Below are positions 48,805-58,917 of a stretch of 64,000 nucleotides of DNA, piece by piece. The translations under genes were made by a program, and so were the position numbers. Within the stretch, counting starts at the first letter, position 1. Every line of letters starts with the position of its first letter. Under the pieces are notes generated by a model. It was not told the origin of the DNA. It did not search any database and saw nothing but the letters and a program-made list of their open reading frames with translations. The DNA is from Candidatus Latescibacterota bacterium (GTDB lineage Bacteria > Latescibacterota > UBA2968), in the NCBI GenBank assembly GCA_965222605.1, contig OZ244960.1, forward strand, positions 5,664,001-5,728,000, written 5' to 3'.

Positions 48805-51795
48805 ATGCCAGAACTCGATCCCATCACATTAAATGCACGCCAGCGCGAAGCTGTTACCGCGCCGATAGGTCCCGTCCTCGTGCTGGCTGGGCCAGGCACG
48901 GGGAAGACGCGGGTGCTGACCGAACGCATTGCGTATCTGGTCTCGAAGCGCGGCGTTCATCCGGAAAATATTCTCGCGCTTACATTTACAAATAAGGCCG
49001 CGGCAGAACTGCAAATCCGCTTGTCGCGCACATTGAGCAAAGATGCTGCGGAGGCCGTTACCGCAGGTACATTTCACAGGTTTTGTATCTCAGTGCTGCG
49101 CCAGCATCGAGAAACGGTCGAGTTGCCACCTCATTTTGGCATCGCCGATGAAGATCTTCAGCGCACGCTGATCTATCGCGCTTTTCCACGCCTGAATCCC
49201 AACGAAAGCAATTTGAATAATGTGATGCAAAATGTGAATCGTCTGAAATGGCAGCGGCGATACAAGCGTCCGATGAAAAAGGGGGATGCGGCATTGCTCG
49301 ATCAGTACGAAGCAGAGCTTAAAAAGAATCGATTGATTGATTTTGACGATCTCATCTTTCTCGCGCATGACTTGCTTCATTCGCATCGCCAGATTTTGAT
49401 GGATTATCGCGCGCAATTTCAACACATCCTCGTCGATGAGTTTCAAGATACCGATCCGGTTCAATACGCCCTCGTTTATTTATTGAGCGCGGCCCACCGC
49501 AGCATTTTTGTGGTTGCAGATGACGAGCAATCTATTTACGGGTGGCGTCATGCAAGGCCAGAACATATTGAACAATTTCAAGATGATTTTCTCAAAGGAC
49601 ATCTACCTGTTTTTTTAGAGGAAAACTACCGATCATCCGCAGAAATTTTGCATCTGGCGCGCGTGTTTATCGCCAAGAATGACGTATTGTTTGAACGCAG
49701 CATCCGCACCCAGAGATCGGGACGCCGCGTGCGGGGGATGGCTTTTGACACGTTTGAGGAAGAAGGCCAGTTTATTGCGGGCGATATCTGGGATCGCATC
49801 CGGGAAACACCAGATCTGAGTCACCGAGATATTGCGGTGCTTTATCCCCAACATGCAATAGGCAGCGAACTCGAGCGCATTTTTATGCGCGCCAACGTAC
49901 CCTGCCTGATGGCCCATCGCAGGGGCTTGTTCGACCAGCCCGTGATCCGCCGCGCTCTGTCTGTGTTGCGCTATGCACTCGATGGCGCAAATGATGCGAG
50001 CCTCGAGTTGTTTTTGCGTCGCGAACTCGAAGCAGTGGATCCAAAATTATACCCGGCGGTGCGGGAATTTCAGAGACAAAAAAATATTGGCAGTTTCAAA
50101 CAGGCGGCTTTTCTATATCCGCGAACGGTTTCGGAAGAAGAGGGCGTTGATGTGGAACGCGCACTGGGGCTGGCAGGCGTGGTACACAATGCCGTGCAAA
50201 GGGGCGCGGTGGCATCTTTGCCCCATCTGGTGGATGATATTCTGGACCAATTGAATACATCGGAGTTGCCATCCCTGAAAAATCATCTCGACGACATCGT
50301 GGATCCACTTGAGCTTTCGGGTCTCGATACTGTTCTGAATCGCCTGTTGGCGCTCTGGCGTAGGGGAGGCACCTTGTATGTGGCCTGTCGCGATGAGGTG
50401 TTGCGGCACATGCTCACAACCCTGATCAGGGATGCGCTGGCGCGGCCGGGGCTTGTCATACGAGAGGCAGTGCCAGGCAGCCGATTGGATGTGTTATCTG
50501 ATACCCTGATTTTGTCGTTTGACAAAGATCCGCCGAAAACACCCAAACACTTTTTACATCTGGGCGGCCTGGCGTGCGGTGCTGTGCTCGCCGCACTCAA
50601 ATTGTGCCAGGCGATCCGCTGCGTCGATCTGCCGGCGTATATGCCGGAATACACTGCATTTGCTCTGGAAACCGCGAGCGACGATCCCGACCATGCACAG
50701 ATCACAGCCCTGAGTGCTGTGCGCGTGCGAGATGGGCATGTTGTCGATACGTTTTATTCTCCTGTGCGTTTGCGGGAAAATAAAGGTACGGCCCCGACAT
50801 TTCAGGAGATTTATCTCTCTTTTCAGGCGTTTGTCGGTATTGATATTCTGGTCGCTCATAATGGTTATGCATTCGATTTTCAAGTTTTGCACCGCGAAGC
50901 CCGTCGCAATGGCAGGTCTCGCATGCCCAATCCGACGGTTGATATATTGCCTATGGCTCGAAGCTATGGCGCGACCGCTGCACGCGCTCTGCGCCCTCTT
51001 TGCAAGCGGTATGATATTGCGTCAGATCCGAATGATCCGCCGGCGCTCGCGCGGGCATTGGCATTGCATCGCGTGTTTGAAGCTATGAAAAAAGAACGCG
51101 CTTCTCGCTACCGGCGCATGACGCATGAGCGCCTTTTGGATCAAGTTGCTCTGGGTTTGCTTTTTCGCGCGCGTGATGGCGCAAAGAACACGGAATTTTC
51201 CCGCGAAGAACACGTACATTTCGACCTGGGAGCGCAGCGTCTTTTGGGGCCGGCCAATTTGTGCATTCGCAATCTCGTGCGGCACTACCCTCGATTGGAT
51301 GCCGACCGGCTGCGGGGGCAGACACGGATGTTGCTCGGCGAAGATCCGCGTCCTGATGTGCTCGCATTGCACGCCCCCGATCAAATTCAACGCTTTCGGG
51401 ACCTGTGCGAACGCCACGGTGCCGCCGCGACATCTCTTCAGGAGGGCATTCGCAATTTGCTCGATTTTGCCGATCTCTATAAAGTTGAATTGGATACCCC
51501 AGACCGCGATGCCGTACATTTGCTCACGTTGCACGCAGCAAAGGGGCTTGAGTTCCGAGAGGTCTATATCTGCGGCCTCGAAGATCGCATTTTGCCCAAT
51601 GCACGCGCCTTGAACAGCGCAGATCTGGCCGAACAGCGCAGGTTGTTATACGTGGGGATTACCCGCGCAATGGATCGCCTCACGCTTTCCTGCGTGCGGC
51701 ATCGTCCGGGCCGAAATATGACGCCTTCTCGATTCTGGGACGATCTCGGTTTAGAGCGCGATGATCTCGGCGTGGATGCCGCTCCAACGGCGTGA
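48805..51795 (+). CDS. UvrD/PcrA-family helicase with an inserted, degenerate DEDDh exonuclease domain
   Basis: AGPGTGKT, TFTNKAA, VDEFQD, QSIYGWR, ENYRS, TLHAAKGLEF, RRLLYVGITRA; insert carries ALET...VAHNGYAFD. Confidence 0.88.
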   Translation: MPELDPITLNARQREAVTAPIGPVLVLAGPGTGKTRVLTERIAYLVSKRGVHPENILALTFTNKAAAELQIRLSRTLSKDAAEAVTAGTFHRFCISVLRQHRETVELPPHFGIADEDLQRTLIYRAFPRLNPNESNLNNVMQNVNRLKWQRRYKRPMKKGDAALLDQYEAELKKNRLIDFDDLIFLAHDLLHSHRQILMDYRAQFQHILVDEFQDTDPVQYALVYLLSAAHRSIFVVADDEQSIYGWRHARPEHIEQFQDDFLKGHLPVFLEENYRSSAEILHLARVFIAKNDVLFERSIRTQRSGRRVRGMAFDTFEEEGQFIAGDIWDRIRETPDLSHRDIAVLYPQHAIGSELERIFMRANVPCLMAHRRGLFDQPVIRRALSVLRYALDGANDASLELFLRRELEAVDPKLYPAVREFQRQKNIGSFKQAAFLYPRTVSEEEGVDVERALGLAGVVHNAVQRGAVASLPHLVDDILDQLNTSELPSLKNHLDDIVDPLELSGLDTVLNRLLALWRRGGTLYVACRDEVLRHMLTTLIRDALARPGLVIREAVPGSRLDVLSDTLILSFDKDPPKTPKHFLHLGGLACGAVLAALKLCQAIRCVDLPAYMPEYTAFALETASDDPDHAQITALSAVRVRDGHVVDTFYSPVRLRENKGTAPTFQEIYLSFQAFVGIDILVAHNGYAFDFQVLHREARRNGRSRMPNPTVDILPMARSYGATAARALRPLCKRYDIASDPNDPPALARALALHRVFEAMKKERASRYRRMTHERLLDQVALGLLFRARDGAKNTEFSREEHVHFDLGAQRLLGPANLCIRNLVRHYPRLDADRLRGQTRMLLGEDPRPDVLALHAPDQIQRFRDLCERHGAAATSLQEGIRNLLDFADLYKVELDTPDRDAVHLLTLHAAKGLEFREVYICGLEDRILPNARALNSADLAEQRRLLYVGITRAMDRLTLSCVRHRPGRNMTPSRFWDDLGLERDDLGVDAAPTA

Positions 51796-51817
51796 TATCC
51801 CTTTCTCTACTCTGCCG

Positions 51818-52588
51818 ATGAAAAAAGACAAAGTTTATTTTATTTCTGACGCGCATATAGGTGGGGGCAAATTTATCCGCCCACCGCGCGTTCGGGAAGA
51901 CGCGTTGATCGATTTTTTACGCGCCATTCGCAAAGATGCCGAGTGTCTGTATATTGTGGGTGATCTTTTCGACTTTTGGTTTGAATATCGGTCTGTCGTT
52001 CCCGCACATGGCGCGCGTGTGATCTTTGAACTGTATCACCTCGTTCAAAGTGGAACGCGCGTCATTTATCTGCCGGGTAACCACGATAGCTGGCTGGGGG
52101 GCTATTTATTAGAGCAGGTGGGTGTAGAACTTCCCGGACCTTTTTGCGATGTCGCGCATCAGAATCGCCGCCTGTATGTGACACACGGCGATATTTTTCA
52201 GCAAAATTGGAAATTTGAACTGCGGCGACGCATTTTGAGTCATCCTCTTTGTATCGCCCTCTTCCGATGGTTACATCCAGATATCGGTGCTTATCTGGCG
52301 CGTCTTGTGTCGCGGTCTTCTGACGTCGGTGCAAAAAAAGGGGTGCGAATAAAAAAGAAAACATATTTGCCTTCATATTTTATCAAAAGCGCGGGCGAGA
52401 AAATTGCCGAGGGATTTGATTTTGTGATTTGTGGACACTATCACGCGCTGATAGTTGAAGCCCTAGATGGCGGGACACTTGTTGTATTGGGCGATTGGAT
52501 GAGATACGACGCTTATGCAGTGCTCGAACATGGCGAGATTGCATTAAAACACTGGCATACAGCACCGGAAAAACCACTAAAGAATTAA
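51818..52588 (+). CDS. lpxH: UDP-2,3-diacylglucosamine diphosphatase-like metallophosphoesterase
   Basis: ISDAHIG, GDLFDFWFEY, GNHD, HGD, CGHYH, LGDW. Confidence 0.8.
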   Translation: MKKDKVYFISDAHIGGGKFIRPPRVREDALIDFLRAIRKDAECLYIVGDLFDFWFEYRSVVPAHGARVIFELYHLVQSGTRVIYLPGNHDSWLGGYLLEQVGVELPGPFCDVAHQNRRLYVTHGDIFQQNWKFELRRRILSHPLCIALFRWLHPDIGAYLARLVSRSSDVGAKKGVRIKKKTYLPSYFIKSAGEKIAEGFDFVICGHYHALIVEALDGGTLVVLGDWMRYDAYAVLEHGEIALKHWHTAPEKPLKN

Positions 52589-52650
52589 AAATTAAGGAAC
52601 GGCATACAATTGCGATAGCAGTTCATTGGGAGTAGGGCGGGGCGACTGCT
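52581..52650 (+). repeat. dispersed ~65-bp intergenic element, copy 2 (contains the lpxH stop codon)
   Basis: Matches 29726-29792. Confidence 0.85.
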
Positions 52651-52695
52651 AACCACTGACCACTGATAGCTGGCCGATGATACAGGAGATCGCGG

Positions 52696-54174
52696 ATGAT
52701 TTTGAGCATTGATCAGGGCACAACGGGGACAACCGCGTTGGTGTTGGGTTCTCAAGGGGAAATTTTGGGACGGGGATATTCGGAGTTTCGACAGATTTTT
52801 CCGCGTCCCGGCTGGGTGTCGCACAACGCAACGGAGATATGGAATACGACACTGAAAGTTATTGATACAGCAATCACAGAGGCGGGGATAGATGCCTCAG
52901 AAATAAAAGGTATTGGCATTGCCAATCAGCGCGAGACGACCGTTTTGTGGGATAGGAGAACGGGTGAACCCTTACACGACGCGATTGTCTGGCAGTGCCG
53001 ACGCACGGCGGATTTGTGCGCTCTATATCGCGCAGATGGCCTCGAAGATATGGTACGCAAAAAGACGGGGTTGGTCATCGATGCTTATTTTTCTGCGAGT
53101 AAGATTGCGTGGTTACTCGACCGCGTCTATAGTCTGCGGGCGCGTGCGGAGCAGGGTGAGGTGTGTTTTGGCACTGTAGATAGTTTTTTGTTGTACAAAC
53201 TCACGGGGGGGGCTGTTCACGCGACTGATTATACCAATGCATCGCGTACGATGATTTACAATATTCACAGAAGAAAGTGGGATGACGAGTTGTTGGAAAT
53301 TTTTGACATTCCGGCGGGCATACTCCCCGAAGTGCGATCATCGGCTGGCGACTTTGGGGCTACTGTGGATTTGGGCATCTTGCCTGCGGGCATTCCAATA
53401 GGGGGGATTGCGGGCGATCAGCAAGCCGCGCTTTTTGGGCAACGCGGCGTTCGGGTAGGTGATATTAAAAATACGTATGGCACGGGTTGTTTTACACTTT
53501 TTCAAACGGGTGATTGGGCGGTGCCGTCCGCGCATGGTTTGTTGACGACGCTTGCGTGTGGGCCTTCTGGGCGTATATCCCACGCGCTTGAAGGCGCAGT
53601 GTTCAGCGCGGGGGCGACGGTTCAATGGCTGCGCGATGGTTTGGGGATTATTGATACCGCCGCTGAGACCGAGGCCTGGTCCCAGGCTATTGACGATACG
53701 GGGGGCGTGTATCTCGTTCCCGCATTTACCGGCCTGGGTGCCCCTCATTGGGATGAGGATGCGCGTGGCGCTATTGTGGGCCTTACGCGCGGCACTGGGC
53801 GCGCCCAGATCGCTCGCGCGGCACTGGAGTCCATTGCCTATCAGTCCGCCGATCTCATCCATGCGATGATAGCCGATGCCGGGCAATCTGTGGTGAGTTT
53901 GCGCGTGGATGGGGGGGCTGTGGTGAATGATTTTTTGATGCAGTTTCAGGCGGATATTCTGGATGTGCCGGTGATTCGTCCCAGGTACGTGGAGACGACT
54001 GCATTGGGGGCGGGGATGCTGGCGGGATTGGCGACGGGCGTGTGGGATGATGCTGACGCGCTTGCCGATATTAATCCACCGCAACGCACCTTTGAGCCTG
54101 CGATGTCGCAAGATCGCCGCGAAGCATTGCTGGCGGGCTGGCACAAAGCAGTAGAGCGCACACTGTTGGCGTAA
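52696..54174 (+). CDS. glpK: glycerol kinase
   Basis: IDQGTTGT, NQRETT, AIVWQCRRT, GDQQAALFGQ, KNTYGTGCF, VDGG. Confidence 0.96.
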   Translation: MILSIDQGTTGTTALVLGSQGEILGRGYSEFRQIFPRPGWVSHNATEIWNTTLKVIDTAITEAGIDASEIKGIGIANQRETTVLWDRRTGEPLHDAIVWQCRRTADLCALYRADGLEDMVRKKTGLVIDAYFSASKIAWLLDRVYSLRARAEQGEVCFGTVDSFLLYKLTGGAVHATDYTNASRTMIYNIHRRKWDDELLEIFDIPAGILPEVRSSAGDFGATVDLGILPAGIPIGGIAGDQQAALFGQRGVRVGDIKNTYGTGCFTLFQTGDWAVPSAHGLLTTLACGPSGRISHALEGAVFSAGATVQWLRDGLGIIDTAAETEAWSQAIDDTGGVYLVPAFTGLGAPHWDEDARGAIVGLTRGTGRAQIARAALESIAYQSADLIHAMIADAGQSVVSLRVDGGAVVNDFLMQFQADILDVPVIRPRYVETTALGAGMLAGLATGVWDDADALADINPPQRTFEPAMSQDRREALLAGWHKAVERTLLA

Positions 54175-54181
54175 CCTGTAC

Positions 54182-55348
54182 TCACTGTATTTGTTCCAAA
54201 TAGGCAAGATGGGTTTGGGCAGCTTTGTTTTGAGGATCAATGGCGAGCATATCGCGGTAGTGTTGACGAGCTACCGCGATATCGTTTTTTTGTTCGGCAA
54301 TGATAGCCAATCCGTGTAGGATGCGGGTATTTTTCGGACGCTGTTCTCGAATGTGCAGCAGCAGTATTTCAACATCATCAATATAGTCGGGGTGATGCAG
54401 CGGTTCGTTATTTTCTTGAGACAATCCCACGAGATGTAACAACGGATTCACACTGCCTGCAACGCCACTACCTCGGCGCGGTTTGAGATCAATTTTATCC
54501 CCAATTTCGGGAAGACCGAGAACAATGGCTTCGATCAGGGATTCAGTCGCTTCATCTAACCGATCCAGTTCAATTAAAACATTGCCTCGGTTATAATGGA
54601 CAGCGAGATTATCGGGCACCAGTTCAGATAAGATATCGTAAATCCTCAGTTCCTGTTCAGAATTTTTTGTCTCGGCCAAATGTTCAGCCCGATCGTAGAG
54701 TTGCTCAATTTTAGTATGATTTTTATCCGCGATCTCTTGCGCCTGCTTCTCAAATTCTGGATGCACCAGCAAGACGAGTTGGTTCTTTTGATCTCGTGAA
54801 AACAAGGGCGTTTTGACTGTGTGCGATATGTCGCCCAATTCCGAAATAATTTTGTTCAAAAACGCAGGTGATCGCGATTGAAAAATGGGTTTCCAGGTAT
54901 TGAGATCATGCGATACATCAACCGCCCACAATTCGAGAGATAAAAAACGCCTGAGCGTTGACTTCAACTGTTCTGTGGTAGCGAAAAAAAACGACGTTAA
55001 GTAACCATCTTCTACATAGTGGTGAACGAGCCATTGACTGAATTCACGCTGAATAACCCATATATCCTCCAGGCAATTGGTGATTGTGAGAATCGACCAG
55101 AGCGGAATATCGGAATGTACTTTTGCAAGCACCTGATCAATGGTACACGACTCACCTGCCTCATCATTCTGAGCCAGGTGGATATCGTCGAGAAAGGTTT
55201 CTATGGATAATGCGCGTTTTTCTCGTTCGCTTTCTGCGATAACGAGAAAAGTCTCCTGGAAATTTTTTCGGTCAATCGTCAGTGTACGCACAAGTTCCCG
55301 ATCGCTCATCGCAGCGCACTGTTGTATAACTCGATCATTCAAGTTCAT
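54182..55348 (-). CDS. TPR-containing hypothetical protein
   Basis: TPR-like segments (VHYNRGNVLIEL..., ILHGLAIIAEQ...AIDPQN); start uncertain. Confidence 0.65.
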   Translation of the reverse strand: MNLNDRVIQQCAAMSDRELVRTLTIDRKNFQETFLVIAESEREKRALSIETFLDDIHLAQNDEAGESCTIDQVLAKVHSDIPLWSILTITNCLEDIWVIQREFSQWLVHHYVEDGYLTSFFFATTEQLKSTLRRFLSLELWAVDVSHDLNTWKPIFQSRSPAFLNKIISELGDISHTVKTPLFSRDQKNQLVLLVHPEFEKQAQEIADKNHTKIEQLYDRAEHLAETKNSEQELRIYDILSELVPDNLAVHYNRGNVLIELDRLDEATESLIEAIVLGLPEIGDKIDLKPRRGSGVAGSVNPLLHLVGLSQENNEPLHHPDYIDDVEILLLHIREQRPKNTRILHGLAIIAEQKNDIAVARQHYRDMLAIDPQNKAAQTHLAYLEQIQ

Positions 55349-55352
55349 AAAC

Positions 55353-55571
55353 TCAACGGTGATATTCGCGTAAAGACAAACGCTTTCGCGGTCGTTGGAA
55401 GCCTGTGGGTTTTTCAGACACACTAACGTCATTGCGCATCTTGCGACCAATCTTGCGAATCAGATGAACACCCCACCAGATTAGCGCCCCGATCACAGCC
55501 ATTACCATCCCAATGCTGCGACCACTGGCACTTTCGAGACTCTTAAGCAAACTGTTAATCAGATCTTCCAC
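55353..55571 (-). CDS. small membrane protein
   Basis: 72 aa, one TM and a basic tail; fills the gap between purC and the TPR gene. Confidence 0.5.
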   Translation of the reverse strand: MEDLINSLLKSLESASGRSIGMVMAVIGALIWWGVHLIRKIGRKMRNDVSVSEKPTGFQRPRKRLSLREYHR

Positions 55572-55586
55572 TGTTGACCGCTTCTT

Positions 55587-56552
55587 TTAAAAATAAGGCT
55601 CGATATTTTTTTCGATGCGCTCGAGTATGGGCATATCATCTACTTCGTTTTCAAATTTTTCGCCTGTTACGCGCTCGAACAAGTCGATGTATCGCGCGGA
55701 AACTTGTGTGCGAATTTCATCATCCAGTTCGGGAATATTGTCGTCGGAAATTCCCTTATCCACGAGCCAGAGGCGCAAAAATTCTTTGTCCAGACTTTCG
55801 GGTTCTTCGCCGCGCGCATGGCGGTCTTCATAAGTATCGAGGATCCAGTAGCGCGATGAATCGGGCGTGTGAATCTCATCGCCAACGGTCAGATTGCCCT
55901 CTGGATCCAGACCCATCTCGTATTTTGTATCTACCAGAATCAAACCGCGCTGTGCAGCCAGTTCTGTTCCGCGCGCGAATAATTTCAGTGCCACTTTCTC
56001 GACTTCTGCCCACCTGTCTGCATCCACCAGGCCGCGTTCGACAATTTGCTGTGGCGAGATCGATTCGTCGTGATCTTCTGCTTTTGTGGTTGGCGTAATA
56101 ATTGCTTCCTCAAATTTCTGATTTTTTATCATACCATCGGGCAAGTCAACGCCGCAAAATTTCCTCACACCTTTGTTGTAATTTGTCCACACCGAGGTGT
56201 CTGTGCTGCCGGTCAGGTACCGTCGCACGACGATTTCGACGGGTAACATATCGAGTTCGCGTGCAACCGTCACATTGGGGTCTGGTACGTCAAGCACCTG
56301 ATTGGGCACGATATCTGCGGTCTGATCAAACCAGTATTTTGCCGTTTTGTTCAATACTTGTCCCTTCAGAGGAATCGCACCGAGCACATGATCAAACGCG
56401 CTTTGACGGTCTGTGGTAATCAAAATGCGCTTGTCACCAAGCAGATAGATGTCCCGCACTTTCCCTTTTTGGTATTTATTCACCCAGCGGTCAAATTTGG
56501 CTTCCAACAAACAGTTATCCAATTGTGAACGGATTTGTTCTTGAGAGATCAT
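55587..56552 (-). CDS. purC: phosphoribosylaminoimidazolesuccinocarboxamide synthase
   Basis: GKVRDIY, TDRQSAFD, KGQVLN, DTKYEMG, DEIHTPDSSRYW, DKEFLR; ATG 56552 after AGGAG. Confidence 0.96.
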   Translation of the reverse strand: MISQEQIRSQLDNCLLEAKFDRWVNKYQKGKVRDIYLLGDKRILITTDRQSAFDHVLGAIPLKGQVLNKTAKYWFDQTADIVPNQVLDVPDPNVTVARELDMLPVEIVVRRYLTGSTDTSVWTNYNKGVRKFCGVDLPDGMIKNQKFEEAIITPTTKAEDHDESISPQQIVERGLVDADRWAEVEKVALKLFARGTELAAQRGLILVDTKYEMGLDPEGNLTVGDEIHTPDSSRYWILDTYEDRHARGEEPESLDKEFLRLWLVDKGISDDNIPELDDEIRTQVSARYIDLFERVTGEKFENEVDDMPILERIEKNIEPYF

Positions 56553-56592
56553 GGATTGTACACTCCTTGGAAAAAATTTAAAGAAAGACAGT

Positions 56593-56621
56593 GTAAGGAC
56601 AGGTTTCAAACCTGTCCTTAC
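56593..56621. repeat. REP-like perfect palindrome GTAAGGACAGGTTTCAAACCTGTCCTTAC
   Basis: 14-bp arms around a single central base; same family as the palindrome inside the RAYT gene. Confidence 0.85.
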
Positions 56622-56643
56622 GCGACCATACCTACGCTCAGGG

Positions 56644-58056
56644 TTAATTATGACGATGGTGGTAGCCCGTTTCATCTTCCAGCCAGTCAATAGCCGTTTG
56701 TTCGTCTTGATCGATAGCCATTTCCACCGCTCGCTTGGCACATTCTAATAGATGTTTAGATTGCTTTCGCAGGTTGAAAGACTCGATTACTTTTTGCTGA
56801 ATTTGAGTTTGTTTTTCCTCTACGATTATTGGCAATATAACCTTGCCAAATTCATCTTTATTGATTGCTGTAAGAATTGTACCGCTGCATCCTTTTTTGA
56901 GTTGTAATTGCCCAACGATACTTTTCAATAGTACAAGCAAAGTTTCTGAATTGAATGTCTGTGAGTTGACTGCATGGAATCCAGTAGAGCAAAGAGCTTG
57001 ATCGTATTCCTCATTTATCAGGGCGATGCTGTCCAATGAACCCTCTATAGATGAAACAATGACATCTCCCATTGCTACCTTACGCCTTGCTCTACTTGGC
57101 AAATCTTGACCTTGCGCTATCATGCTGTCGGTGATTTCACCATTGCCTGCGATATTTGCCAGTTCGATATATTTGTAATCTTGTTTGTCTTCAGGATGAT
57201 AATTCTGCGCTTTCAGGTTTAACAAATTCCGCAGTCTATCCCATCCGCCCGCATAACTCTTAATCGCGTGGACTATTTCTTCGTATTGCGGCTGAAAATA
57301 ATCAGCGTCAATGCGTTCTGCCCGTTGGGTGTTAGAGTAGTTTTTGACAAAGGTTAAACGGGGTTTGGGTTGCCATTTGGCAAGTCCGAGTTCGGAGAGG
57401 AGGATGGTTTGGGCTTGAACATATTCATCATCGGATTGCGATTTTATTGTTTGGCTATCTGAAACAACATCCTCTATTTTTTTTTGAAAATTTGTCCCCA
57501 TTAACGGCACTGGTAACTTAGCTAAATTAACCAGACTAATGTATGGATTCATCTGTTCAGTCTTTAAGCTATCAGCTAAACCCTGACCGAAAGAACAGTT
57601 AAAATATACAGCCAAAAAACCCGATAATAGATTTGCTTTCGGACGAATCAGAGCTACATCTTGATTCAGAGCCATCTTCTTAGTTTTTGATAGGAAAGGA
57701 TAAGCCTTACAAATTCTTCTTTTTATTGTACAAACTACCGATCCTTGACTGATGATTTTATTTTTATACTCTGACTTATACTGCTCATTGGTTATGCGTT
57801 TTGTTTTCTCATCAAAAAACTCCAGGTCGCCTATACATTCGACAGTTATAAAAGGAATTTCACCGCTACTCACATCATGCTTGTAAGGAGTATGTCCCGA
57901 TCCTATAAAATCGACTTCTTTTCCCAAAGTTGAAAACCGTAACCGCTTTTCTCGTTTAAGAAATTTTTGGCGAAATGGGTGAGAGTAAAAATCAGCATCA
58001 AGCCTCATATCTGATTGTTGCAATACATTAGAGTATTCGAGCACAGAATAGCGCAT
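56644..58056 (-). CDS. restriction-modification specificity subunit (HsdS-like, two TRDs)
   Basis: Repeated RLDADFY/RIDADYF motifs, two TRD-like halves and helical spacers; AT-rich first TRD. Confidence 0.85.
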   Translation of the reverse strand: MRYSVLEYSNVLQQSDMRLDADFYSHPFRQKFLKREKRLRFSTLGKEVDFIGSGHTPYKHDVSSGEIPFITVECIGDLEFFDEKTKRITNEQYKSEYKNKIISQGSVVCTIKRRICKAYPFLSKTKKMALNQDVALIRPKANLLSGFLAVYFNCSFGQGLADSLKTEQMNPYISLVNLAKLPVPLMGTNFQKKIEDVVSDSQTIKSQSDDEYVQAQTILLSELGLAKWQPKPRLTFVKNYSNTQRAERIDADYFQPQYEEIVHAIKSYAGGWDRLRNLLNLKAQNYHPEDKQDYKYIELANIAGNGEITDSMIAQGQDLPSRARRKVAMGDVIVSSIEGSLDSIALINEEYDQALCSTGFHAVNSQTFNSETLLVLLKSIVGQLQLKKGCSGTILTAINKDEFGKVILPIIVEEKQTQIQQKVIESFNLRKQSKHLLECAKRAVEMAIDQDEQTAIDWLEDETGYHHRHN

Positions 58057-58119
58057 TTTTGATTTCCTTGCAAAAACGACAGTGTTTAGATTTTTATTAT
58101 TTTGAGATAGAATACTCCA

Positions 58120-58875
58120 TTATTCAGTTCTCTGATCCCTTTTTTCAATGCTTTCTTTATCTTTTTGAGGGAGGCGATTGAACATCGCTTCAATTTGCTT
58201 AGGTTGAGTAATCAAGGTATCGGCAATTACATTTATCAAGTCAAAAAGTGCCTGAACATCGGTAGTGTCGTCGAAGTCAATTTTACCAGGATGAACCGCA
58301 TGATTGCCAGTTACTCTCACAATATCTAATGCTTGCTGTATTTTTGGATCAAGTTCCTTTACCACCAGATTTTTTATGTCGTTATTAATATTATCTCCCG
58401 TTTCTCCAAGTTGTTTGAGAAGCATTTGTATAGCTAATCGCAACAAAGCACAGGCCGCACGAGGAGACCGATTAGCAATATCAGCGGCCTCATTGTAAAT
58501 TTTTTTTATGCCGTCATCTAAATCGTCATTTGCTGACGGAGATGTGCGCGTGGCAGGGTACATAATTTTTGCAACCCACTTTGGCCGCGTATCAATCCCG
58601 GCCGCGTGTGCGACAGCCGATATCTCCGGAGGCGGAATCTTTAGGGCAACCAACCAAAATGTTGGTTTCTTACAATGCGAACATAAAGAGATTTTCACTT
58701 CATTATCGCCAATTTCAAGAGGTATCAATGTATCAGCACTATACTTGTCAGTGGCTTCTTTAGCTTGTTGAAGGCAATCTTCCCAAGTTTGCTTTGCATA
58801 GGCGCTGCAATAGGGGCAGTTAAATGCCTTACTTCCATATTTAGGGGGATAATATTTAGATATGATTTTAGGCAT
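58120..58875 (-). CDS. DUF4145 (HEPN-like) protein with N-terminal Zn ribbon
   Basis: CPYC...CSHC, IYNEA...SPRAACALLR, RVTGNHAVH (RxxxNxxxH). Confidence 0.85.
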   Translation of the reverse strand: MPKIISKYYPPKYGSKAFNCPYCSAYAKQTWEDCLQQAKEATDKYSADTLIPLEIGDNEVKISLCSHCKKPTFWLVALKIPPPEISAVAHAAGIDTRPKWVAKIMYPATRTSPSANDDLDDGIKKIYNEAADIANRSPRAACALLRLAIQMLLKQLGETGDNINNDIKNLVVKELDPKIQQALDIVRVTGNHAVHPGKIDFDDTTDVQALFDLINVIADTLITQPKQIEAMFNRLPQKDKESIEKRDQRTE

Positions 58876-58917
58876 TATCATCTCCAAAACTCAAATTTTT
58901 TGATTTTGCCCATTTAG

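Noticed and set aside
53338-54240. 300-aa minus-strand ORF
   Set aside because: Antisense to glpK with no motifs
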